Shown: piece by piece, positions 16,667 to 25,427 of the stretch
Layout: each line of letters opens with the position of its first letter
How positions within the stretch are numbered: position 1 is the stretch's first letter
Source: Candidatus Harpocratesius repetitus
GTDB lineage: Archaea; Asgardarchaeota; Lokiarchaeia; Sigyniarchaeales; Promethearchaeaceae
Assembly: GCA_021498095.1 (NCBI GenBank)
Contig: JAIZWK010000001.1
Coordinates: 3,600,001-3,632,000, forward strand
Direction: 5' to 3'
DNA: 32,000 bases
The notes under the pieces: model-generated
Seen by the model: the letters and a program-made list of their open reading frames with translations, nothing else
What the model was told of the DNA's origin: nothing
Databases searched by the model: none
Position numbers and translations under genes: made by a program

Positions 16667-17878
16667 TTGAATATGAAGATTAAAGAGAAATTAGTCCAAT
16701 CAAATAAAATAATACTCATTGGTTTTATTCAAAATCATCATCCAATTTACATTGCCCTAATTAATTTTTTGCTTGAATTCAATCCTTCCATTACGTTATT
16801 AACCACAAAAGAAATTTTCATGCAAATCCAACATGAGATTGATTCAAACAAAATAGATTTACATCTTGAATCGCGCAAATTAAATCGCATGTTGAAAAAA
16901 AATTTGAAATTAATAAATTCTCATGAAATCGTCATAATGGAAGAATATTATGGTGGTTTTATTAAAATCTTTAATTTAAAATTCAAAAATCCCAAAAAAA
17001 TTGCAATAGTTCATAATGTGAATAAATGGTTTCTTGTAAGGGGAAGTATTTATTATTTTATTGATCTTCTCTTTAAATCAAGATATATATCTCAATTTGA
17101 TGCATATATAGTAATGTCCCCTGTAGTAAAAACATACTTAAAATCTTTTATAAACAATAAGAATATCTTCTTTTTCCCAGGAGAAGAAAACTATTCTTCA
17201 GAACCAAACCCTTATCATAAACTAGAAAAATTAGATCAAAATATCATACATAATGGAAATTACATTGAGATTGTTGTTCCAGGAATGATTTCAGAAAAAA
17301 GAAGAGAATATATCAACTTATTACTGGTTTTAAAGCAATTTTATAAAAATAATCCTACTTCTAAAATTAGAATTAACCTTTTAGGATCAATTAACAATAA
17401 GGAAAATGATCAAGATAGAGATAAAATTTTAGAAATTATCAACGAATGTAATAATCTTTCTCCAATTGAAGGAGAAAGAATAAAATATGGTAAAAAATTT
17501 ATCCCAATGGAGGAATTTACGAAAACATTGGAAAAAGCAGATTTAATATTGTCTAACGCAAAAGTGTTTAATCTTTTGGAAGATCGTCTAGAAATATATG
17601 GAATAACAAAAATAACGGGGATTTCTTATATAATCTATCGATATGAAAAACCTGCTATAATTCCAAATCATCAAAATATATTACTTGGTTTTGATAATCA
17701 ATTTATTAAGTTTTCAAATTATACTGATATTATAGATATTTTCAACCAAATTGAAAAAAAAGAGATAAATTTAGAAATTTTGAAGCGAAATGCTTTTAGA
17801 AATAGAAAAAAATTTAATCAATTGATAAAAACAGAAAAAAATAAGATCAAGGATTATTTGAATTCTACTGATATGTGA
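16667..17878 (+). CDS. Uncharacterised protein, probable GT-B glycosyltransferase
   Basis: Soluble 403 aa; AIVHN, IVVPGMISEKRREY, LEKADLIL, YGITKITG and KPAIIP resemble GT-B C-terminal lobe elements; last gene of the per-gmd-neuB operon. Confidence 0.55.
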   Translation: MNMKIKEKLVQSNKIILIGFIQNHHPIYIALINFLLEFNPSITLLTTKEIFMQIQHEIDSNKIDLHLESRKLNRMLKKNLKLINSHEIVIMEEYYGGFIKIFNLKFKNPKKIAIVHNVNKWFLVRGSIYYFIDLLFKSRYISQFDAYIVMSPVVKTYLKSFINNKNIFFFPGEENYSSEPNPYHKLEKLDQNIIHNGNYIEIVVPGMISEKRREYINLLLVLKQFYKNNPTSKIRINLLGSINNKENDQDRDKILEIINECNNLSPIEGERIKYGKKFIPMEEFTKTLEKADLILSNAKVFNLLEDRLEIYGITKITGISYIIYRYEKPAIIPNHQNILLGFDNQFIKFSNYTDIIDIFNQIEKKEINLEILKRNAFRNRKKFNQLIKTEKNKIKDYLNSTDM

Positions 17879-17889
17879 AAAAAGGTAAA

Positions 17890-20250
17890 TTATTTTAGAA
17901 ACCTGCGAATTTTTCTGTAAGCTTGTATAAATAAAGTTATTATTATACGAATGTGAAATAAAAGAAGAGGATATCTTAGTAAAACATGTAAAAATCTATT
18001 TTTCATAATTAATTTTGAAAAAATATTCATTTTATGAACAAAAATTGGATTATAAATTCTACGATATTTTTGACTCTCAGTTATTTCAATGTACTTAAAT
18101 AATATACTTTTTCTATGCATAATTTTTTGTTTTAGTTTAGAATCTTTGAGAAGGAAGGTATAATTAGAATTTAGAAAAGGAAGAAATTCATTAGGTAAAA
18201 ATTCTGTTTTTATACGTTCCAATTTTGTTTTTTTATTAATCACTTTCTCAAATTTCTTTGACTGAATTAAGAATTTATTAGTAATTTGATAATTTTGAGT
18301 AAATATTCCCCGAGAAATTCGATCATCTTTTATTAACTTTTCCTTTATAATATTAGCTAAATGTAATTTAATTCTATTAACTATATGGATATATATCTTA
18401 TTGGCATAATTTAAATATTGAATAAAAAGATGATTTGGGAAAATTAGATTATTTTTACGGAAGAAATTATTCCTATTCAAAAAGTTTTGAATTAAGCTTA
18501 TGTTGATTATAGGATCTTCATTAAATTTAATACATATTTGTTCGTATATATATAAAGGATATTTTATTGCGTTTGTAACCTGAAGACCTATTCTTGTTCC
18601 TTTGTCTCTTTCATTAGGTTTAAAATAAAAGGGTATTGATACAGTTGAGATTAACTCAACTAATTGAATCATTTGATAATCAAGATCATCAAGAATAAAC
18701 GATGAATAAGAGATTTTTCTCCCACACAAATAAGTTAGAGAAGTAGCAGGTCTAATCATTTGAATATCTTTAAATAAATTCTCATTTATAATCATTGGAG
18801 CATGTTCATATAATAAATATTTCTCTTCCCAACTAAAATGACTTTTCAGAAGAAAATGGATTTGATCATTATTTATTTTCTTCTCATCTATTATAAAACA
18901 TAAGTCAATATCTGAATTTCCAACTGCATGAACAGTTCCAAATTGAAAAATTGAGATTATACCATCAATTTGGCAGAATTTTTTTATTATTTTTTGAGTG
19001 CAATAATTGTAAAAAGAAAGATCTTCAAATGGGTAAGATTTTTCTGATTTATTAAAATAGCCTTTTTTTTGAAGATATTCAAATCCATTAATACAGTATT
19101 GAGAAAATTTGAATGAATAAAACAAATTATTTAATTGATTCCAAAATCGATTAATTCTCCTATTCAATTTTATTTCTAAAACAGAAAAGAATAGGTTTAA
19201 AAATCGAATATTAAAGAGAAAAGAAAATATTATTCGTAAAAATGTAGTTTTTTGGGGTGAACTCCCCCAAAACATATAGAATTGATTTACAGACTGATAA
19301 AATTGCTCTATTTCTGGAAAGATAGATTTAAATTCCTCAGAAAAGATTATATTGAAGGATTCTTTTTTATAGCAGAAAACTCCGAGTGTTTGCAAAAAAC
19401 TAAAGGGAAATGAATAGATTCGATGAATATAACGCACTTTCTTGAAAATATTAAGTGATTTCGTTTTACTTTCGTAATATAATGCTAAAGCATCTGAAAT
19501 AATACTTAGAAAATATTTCCTTTCATTGATATAGTTTTTAATTTCCATAATGTTTATTAAATTATCTAAAGACCATACTTCACCAAAGTCTATGCAGGAT
19601 AATGGTAAATACTGATTTGAGAAAAAATTCAATTGAAAATCTATTGAAATAAAAACACCATGAAGTTGAAATATTTGAAATTTGTAAATTATATCACAAA
19701 ATTCTTGTATTTTATTTCTAATATTTCGTAAATAGTTTTTATTTTGAAAAGATTCTTCCTTTATAACAATAAAAAGATCTATATCGCTCCATCCTGGTTT
19801 ATAATCACGAGAACCAATACTGCCATTTAAGAGAATAATTGAAAAATCATCTTTATATTCATTAATTTTTTTATTCAAATCGGATAAAAGCTTTTTTTGA
19901 AGAAAGAAGCCATAGTAGTTTTTTTTTTTTTTCTTTTTATTAACAGAAATTGAATGCTTTTTTGTTTTTAATTCTGATTTTTGAGACATATTTCTTATTA
20001 TAAAATATAATTTGATTATTCTATCTTCAATACTTAATTCAGAATAATCATCAAATATCGAATTTTTAATCAAATTTGGAAATTTAGAAGAAAATTGTGA
20101 AATTTGGTGAGTTAATTCTTTTTTATCCCTTTTTGAAAATTTTTTTTTTTTGCTAAAAACATTCGAATTAATGTTAAAGTATCTATAAAGCAAATCATTA
20201 AATTCAATATTTAGTTTTAAAATCATTTCTTCTGAAGAGAATTCTTCCAT
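17890..20250 (-). CDS. Uncharacterised 786-aa protein with two Pol-beta-superfamily nucleotidyltransferase domains
   Basis: Motif 1 LNGSIGSRDYKPGWSDIDLFIV (about 19775-19840); motif 2 FQFGTVHAVGNSDIDLCFII (about 18895-18955); each followed by a helical-looking region. Confidence 0.75.
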   Translation of the reverse strand: MEEFSSEEMILKLNIEFNDLLYRYFNINSNVFSKKKKFSKRDKKELTHQISQFSSKFPNLIKNSIFDDYSELSIEDRIIKLYFIIRNMSQKSELKTKKHSISVNKKKKKKNYYGFFLQKKLLSDLNKKINEYKDDFSIILLNGSIGSRDYKPGWSDIDLFIVIKEESFQNKNYLRNIRNKIQEFCDIIYKFQIFQLHGVFISIDFQLNFFSNQYLPLSCIDFGEVWSLDNLINIMEIKNYINERKYFLSIISDALALYYESKTKSLNIFKKVRYIHRIYSFPFSFLQTLGVFCYKKESFNIIFSEEFKSIFPEIEQFYQSVNQFYMFWGSSPQKTTFLRIIFSFLFNIRFLNLFFSVLEIKLNRRINRFWNQLNNLFYSFKFSQYCINGFEYLQKKGYFNKSEKSYPFEDLSFYNYCTQKIIKKFCQIDGIISIFQFGTVHAVGNSDIDLCFIIDEKKINNDQIHFLLKSHFSWEEKYLLYEHAPMIINENLFKDIQMIRPATSLTYLCGRKISYSSFILDDLDYQMIQLVELISTVSIPFYFKPNERDKGTRIGLQVTNAIKYPLYIYEQICIKFNEDPIINISLIQNFLNRNNFFRKNNLIFPNHLFIQYLNYANKIYIHIVNRIKLHLANIIKEKLIKDDRISRGIFTQNYQITNKFLIQSKKFEKVINKKTKLERIKTEFLPNEFLPFLNSNYTFLLKDSKLKQKIMHRKSILFKYIEITESQKYRRIYNPIFVHKMNIFSKLIMKNRFLHVLLRYPLLLFHIRIIITLFIQAYRKIRRFLK

Positions 20251-20383
20251 AATATGTGTTATTGAACGAATTTGAAAAATATTTTTATATTCTTAGTTTA
20301 AGAGAAATAGAGTAATCAAAGAAATAAAAAAAAATAAAGAGAAGGAAATAATTTAAAACTTAAATAACTAATGGTGGAGTTAA

Positions 20384-21691
20384 ACGAAGAAAATATTAAT
20401 TGTACCCCATTACGTAAATTCCTTAATATATTACCAAAAATTATTTCAAAAATTTAATAGTCATGATTTTGAGTTAGTTTATCTAATCAGAAATAACCAT
20501 TTTGGCAAAATTATGAAGGATTATTGTATTAAATCAAATTTAAACTATATCAAACTAAAGTATCCTCTTTTTAATAATTCTAAATTCGCAAGTATTCTTA
20601 ACATTTTATTTATTGGTGTCTTTAAATTACAAGTCAAAAAAATATTGCAAAAAAATAATCCAAACTTGATAATTCAAACTAATGACACGAATCTTATTAA
20701 CAATGTAATAGTTTCCACTGCTAAAAAGAAAAATATTTTAACTTTAGTTATACAATGGGCTCAAACTGCTCCAGAAGATTATTATTTAAAACTAAAGAGT
20801 TTAAATACAAATCATAAAGAATTAACAAAAAAAACACATATAACACATTGGTTCCTCCATAAATTAACAAATTTCATGCTAAAAATCTCTCAGATACCTA
20901 AATTCAATAAAAAATCATTAGCCCAAGGTAATTCAGACTATGTTTTCGTAATTAACGATTATACAAAGAAACTTTTAATTAAACAAGGTGTAAAAAAAGA
21001 AAAAATATATATCTCAGGTTCTACAGCATATGACGATGCGTTATCCATAAATCTACCTAAAAGAGAAGAAATTAAGAAAAAAATAGGAATAAATAATAAT
21101 AATATTACAATTTTATTCATTTCTCAACCGTTTTATGTTAAAGATATTCGAATTATGAAAAAAGAAAAACAAATTCAATACATCAAAGATATAATTGTTT
21201 TCTTTAATAATTTTTATCAAACACAGAATAAAGAGGTAAATATAATTTTAAAACTACACCCTGTTGAGCTTAAAAAAGATTATATTGAATTGACTGATTC
21301 TTGTAAAAATATATTGATTTTAAGTGATTTTAATAACTTAGAATTAATAAAAATCTCAGATTTATGTGTTGGATTCAGTTCAACACTTCTACAATCAGTA
21401 ATAATAATGAAAAAGCCAATCTTGTGTTTAAATATGATTCCAGAACTAAAATTTATAATTGAAACTCAATCAAAAATATCTGGAATAACTCAAGATATAA
21501 AATCTTGGAATGAATTATCTAAAACCTTAAAGATCTTGGAAGAAAATGGATATCAACAGTTAGATAATGTAAATATGAAAAACTTTGTTTTAGATCAGAA
21601 AGTTTACTTAAGATTAGAGACTTGGATTCATGAATTACTATTTGATAATCATATAATTTCTACGAATTTAGAACCAAATGAACAAGAATAA
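20384..21691 (+). CDS. Putative GT-B transferase (capsule-synthesis / CDP-glycerol phosphotransferase / sialyltransferase-like). Start extended to ACG 20384; first in-frame ATG is 20513
   Basis: ILFISQP, ILKLHPVE, SDLCVGFSSTLL, KPIL; the frame is open 43 codons upstream of the ATG (TKKILIVPHY...) behind a GGTGGAG SD-like site. Confidence 0.65.
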   Translation, partial: TKKILIVPHYVNSLIYYQKLFQKFNSHDFELVYLIRNNHFGKIMKDYCIKSNLNYIKLKYPLFNNSKFASILNILFIGVFKLQVKKILQKNNPNLIIQTNDTNLINNVIVSTAKKKNILTLVIQWAQTAPEDYYLKLKSLNTNHKELTKKTHITHWFLHKLTNFMLKISQIPKFNKKSLAQGNSDYVFVINDYTKKLLIKQGVKKEKIYISGSTAYDDALSINLPKREEIKKKIGINNNNITILFISQPFYVKDIRIMKKEKQIQYIKDIIVFFNNFYQTQNKEVNIILKLHPVELKKDYIELTDSCKNILILSDFNNLELIKISDLCVGFSSTLLQSVIIMKKPILCLNMIPELKFIIETQSKISGITQDIKSWNELSKTLKILEENGYQQLDNVNMKNFVLDQKVYLRLETWIHELLFDNHIISTNLEPNEQE

Positions 21692-21703
21692 TGGGTAATT
21701 ATT

Positions 21704-23308
21704 ATGAATGTAAAAGATTTTTGGATAAATTATACTAAAAAAATAAATATTTATCGAGAAGAAAAAAAAATTTCTTCTGATACAGTAGATTTATTTAAGG
21801 AACTTAAATCTACAAATAAATTACAAGGGAAAACTGTGGTATTTAATACGGTCCGCAGTTTCAAAAATATTTTTGACTTAGAATTATTTTTTGGAAAATT
21901 ATTAGCTAAAAATGGAGCGAAAGTTATAATATTATTAGATAATGGTGTTTTAAATCATTGGGATACAATTAAATTTGATTCTTTAAATGTAATTAAGTTA
22001 GAAAGGAAAAAACTCAACCCTTATTATAAATTTTTTTCGAATTTTACAAGTTTTATTTCACCTCAAATTAGAATAATAAAATTACATAAAGAGATTTATC
22101 AAGATCCTAATTTAGAAATTATATTTTATAGTAATATTTTGAAAGGTATTGGGTTTTCTGATATAAAGAATAAGAATTTCCATCACCATGCAAAAGCTTC
22201 AACAATTCGATTTTTCAAAAACTCTGATTTTCAGATTGATGACCCCCCTTATTCTAATTATTATGACCTATCGATGGAAAATTGTAAATTGACATTTGCC
22301 ATTGGTGAACAAATATATGAAAAATACCATCCAAATGTATTTATCACTTCTCATGGTATATATTCAACTTGGGGTCCTATGTATGACTTTTTTAAAACAA
22401 AGAAAATTAAAAGTTATGTCTATGCCGGGAAACATAGTCATGCTCTAAATCAAAAATACATTTACTTTACAGACTCAAAAGTTCAAACTTTAACAAGATC
22501 GAGTTTTTGGAATAAATATAAGAATACACAAGTAACTACAGAAATGAAAAAGAAAGTGGATGAATATTTTAAAACTAGATTTAGACATGCTACAATGGAT
22601 ACAAAAGTTTATTTTGGTGAAGAAGCAAATATTCTTCAAATTGTAAAAGATAAACGCAAGAAATTTAATATTGCAATATTTCCTAATTCAATTTGGGACG
22701 GAAATATCCATGATCGTCATCAAGCATTTGAAGGAATTATCGATTGGTTGGTGAAGACGGTATATTATTTCAGAAATAGAGAAGATTGTCAAGTTTATAT
22801 TAAATTTCATCCCGCAGAAATAACTTTTTTTCAAAATCCAGAAGGATTAGCTGATATCCTAAAAAAGAAAATCCCAGGATTGGAATCATTTGAAAATATT
22901 AAATTAATTAGACCTCATGAAAAAATTGAAACATACAAATTTTTAAAGAGTGGTATCGATTTAGGTATTCTTTATGATGGAATCTTAGGATTAGAACTTC
23001 CATACTTGAGAATTCCGGCGTTATTAGCCGGAGTAGGGGGAAGATTTACGATAGAAGATGGAAATTTCACAATCAAAAATAAGGATGATTATTTTAACAT
23101 CCTTAATAATTTGGATTATTGGATTGAAAATTTCAAGTCAAATTATGATTATTATTTAAACCAAATCATTAGATATACTTATTGGTATATTTTTGAACAT
23201 CCATTTGAACTTGTAACTCAATCCCCTACAGGTCGATATCAAAGATCATTGAAAGGATTAAGTAAAAAAGATTTAGTAATACCTGATAAACTGCTTTCTT
23301 TGTTATAG
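21704..23308 (+). CDS. Capsular polysaccharide biosynthesis protein (KpsS/Capsule_synth-like GT-B), possible nonulosonate transferase
   Basis: VFITSHGIY, IAIFPNSIWDG, VYIKFHPAE, GILGLELPYLRIPALLAG. Confidence 0.6.
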   Translation: MNVKDFWINYTKKINIYREEKKISSDTVDLFKELKSTNKLQGKTVVFNTVRSFKNIFDLELFFGKLLAKNGAKVIILLDNGVLNHWDTIKFDSLNVIKLERKKLNPYYKFFSNFTSFISPQIRIIKLHKEIYQDPNLEIIFYSNILKGIGFSDIKNKNFHHHAKASTIRFFKNSDFQIDDPPYSNYYDLSMENCKLTFAIGEQIYEKYHPNVFITSHGIYSTWGPMYDFFKTKKIKSYVYAGKHSHALNQKYIYFTDSKVQTLTRSSFWNKYKNTQVTTEMKKKVDEYFKTRFRHATMDTKVYFGEEANILQIVKDKRKKFNIAIFPNSIWDGNIHDRHQAFEGIIDWLVKTVYYFRNREDCQVYIKFHPAEITFFQNPEGLADILKKKIPGLESFENIKLIRPHEKIETYKFLKSGIDLGILYDGILGLELPYLRIPALLAGVGGRFTIEDGNFTIKNKDDYFNILNNLDYWIENFKSNYDYYLNQIIRYTYWYIFEHPFELVTQSPTGRYQRSLKGLSKKDLVIPDKLLSLL

Positions 23309-23316
23309 TATAGAAT

Positions 23317-24195
23317 TCAGTTCCAAAATGAGGTATTAATATTAACAATTTTACTTAATTTTTGATTTGGATTTTTAAAAAACTTCTGAAGATTTGAAAC
23401 CGTTTCTAAATCCATAGAAGGATATCCTACTTCTTTTTTATAATTGAAAGCAATCATTTTATGATAAAGTTGTGCTACTTGTCCTCCATTTTTGAAAAAT
23501 GGTTTTCCAAATTTTGTAATTCGATCAATAATTTTCTGGATTTTTTGATTTTTAGGTAAAACTGTAACATTTTTTTTGATTGATACATCGATTTCAATAT
23601 CTGGATTAATACCTAAAAAAACGAATATATCTCGTAAAATTTTCTGAGTCGAATTAAAATCTTTGGTATATTCTTCAAAGGTTGTGAAAAACATTTGTTT
23701 TTTAGGAAAAAAGTGTAAAAAATATTCAACATGCATAAAATATAAACTACGATATAAATAACCTTCTAGTTTTCCTAGTTCTATATATTTCATTTCTTCT
23801 TCAATTACTTCTTTAAATGCACGGTTTTCCCTTCCTTTTTTATAAGCATGCCAATAATCTGAATATGCTCTATCAATAGGATTTCGTAAAATCCATATTA
23901 ATTTTGCAGATGGTATAATTTTTGCAATATTTTCTGCGTATTCTTTCTTCAAACAATAATTTGGTGTTTTTTCACCAATGATCGATTGATTTTGATAACC
24001 TGAAAATTCATTTGCATACCAATCCAAACCTTTAGAATAATGTTTTTCGTTGTTAAAGAAGTGAATTTCATGATCAGCCATAAAAATATCTGGATGTTGA
24101 CTTAAATGATAACTTAAAGTGCTTGTGCCAGATTTCATTGCTCCAACGATTAAAATATTTGGCAATATTATTTTTCTTCCCCCCAGAAATATCAA
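23317..24195 (-). CDS. PAPS-dependent sulfotransferase (probable true start TTG at 24165)
   Basis: 5'-PSB GAMKSGTSTL, EIHFF, GEKTPNY, 3'-PB ILRNPIDRAYSDY; GGGGGAAG purine run upstream of the TTG. Confidence 0.92.
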   Translation of the reverse strand: MIFLGGRKIILPNILIVGAMKSGTSTLSYHLSQHPDIFMADHEIHFFNNEKHYSKGLDWYANEFSGYQNQSIIGEKTPNYCLKKEYAENIAKIIPSAKLIWILRNPIDRAYSDYWHAYKKGRENRAFKEVIEEEMKYIELGKLEGYLYRSLYFMHVEYFLHFFPKKQMFFTTFEEYTKDFNSTQKILRDIFVFLGINPDIEIDVSIKKNVTVLPKNQKIQKIIDRITKFGKPFFKNGGQVAQLYHKMIAFNYKKEVGYPSMDLETVSNLQKFFKNPNQKLSKIVNINTSFWN

Positions 24196-24240
24196 TTATT
24201 TATTTTTATAAAGTAAAAAATGATAAAAAAATTCTCACTT

Positions 24241-25260
24241 CTATGATTTTAATCGAAAAAGAAATCTTTGAACGAATTCTTTAATAAGACGAGCAAAATC
24301 TTTAAAAGATTCGAGGAATTTGATCGGAGAATAAAAATCATGTAGATAAAAAACTAAATGATAATATGTTCGAGGAACAAAAATCTTTTTTTTTAATGCC
24401 ATGAATATAACATTTCGAGCGAGTCGTTTACTTTTAGCTAAACACAACAATTCAAATATTTTATAACAGAAAAATTGGTAAATTTCAATATCATCTTTAA
24501 TAAAAGATTTATACTTTTTCCAAATATAAAGATATGCCCATATTTTGGTAAAAGGCTTTTTTATTAAACTTTCATAGGTTATACTAGATTTATGAACATA
24601 ATGATTTAACAAAGGTTTACTTACATATTCACATTCATAATATAATGCGATTCTAATCCACATTTCATAATCTTGATGGCCTCCTTGCCTTAAAATTTCT
24701 GATTCATCGAACAAACCTACTTTCTTAAATACTTCTCGTTTGATGAGGGGATAAACACCAATCACTCCTTGAGTCAACATTTCTTTAAAGACTTTACCAG
24801 AATACTTTGGTAAAATATTTCGATTTAAACCAGGTTGAATCAAAGTCATTCCAGGAAAAACAAATCCAACCTTTTTTGGAGATTTCTGTAACTTTAGCAA
24901 TAATAATTCTAACATTTCAGGGCGCCAATCATCATCTGAGTCTAAAAGTATGATATACTCACCTGATGCTGCTTTTATTCCACGATTACGTGTGAAATTG
25001 GGTCCCATGTTTTTTGAATTTACAATAAGTTGGATATTAGAGTAATCTTTCATCAAGGAACGAATAATTGAAACAGTTTTATCTTTTGAACAATCATCCA
25101 CAACAATAATTTCAAAATTTTGATATGTTTGGTTTAAAACACTTTCAATAGCTCGTTTTATTGTTGACTGGCGATTGAATGAAGGAATAATTACAGATAT
25201 TAAACTAGATTCAATAGCTGAATTCATAATGGAATAATGGAATAATGTAATTTTAAGCAT
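24241..25260 (-). CDS. GT2 family glycosyltransferase
   Basis: ISVIIPSFNR, EIIVVDDCSKD, RNRGIKAASGEYIILLDSDD, QDYEMWIRI. Confidence 0.94.
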   Translation of the reverse strand: MLKITLFHYSIMNSAIESSLISVIIPSFNRQSTIKRAIESVLNQTYQNFEIIVVDDCSKDKTVSIIRSLMKDYSNIQLIVNSKNMGPNFTRNRGIKAASGEYIILLDSDDDWRPEMLELLLLKLQKSPKKVGFVFPGMTLIQPGLNRNILPKYSGKVFKEMLTQGVIGVYPLIKREVFKKVGLFDESEILRQGGHQDYEMWIRIALYYECEYVSKPLLNHYVHKSSITYESLIKKPFTKIWAYLYIWKKYKSFIKDDIEIYQFFCYKIFELLCLAKSKRLARNVIFMALKKKIFVPRTYYHLVFYLHDFYSPIKFLESFKDFARLIKEFVQRFLFRLKS

Positions 25261-25427
25261 TGTATTCTGATTATGCCTATAATTCTAGAAAATGTCTTTA
25301 AATTATACATGGTTGCAAAATTGGTGAATTTTATGAAGTTGTGCTCAATTGACTTCCTTTTATCTTTGAATGAATTTGGGAAAAGATTATTTTTATCAAA
25401 TGATTCATAAAAGTTTTTTCTTAGCAG

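Noticed and set aside
17890-20250. CBASS/cGAS-like cyclase or MNT-HEPN toxin-antitoxin reading of the NTase
   Set aside because: No effector, HEPN or other defence gene is adjacent and the context is purely glycan biosynthesis; kept only as a refuting alternative
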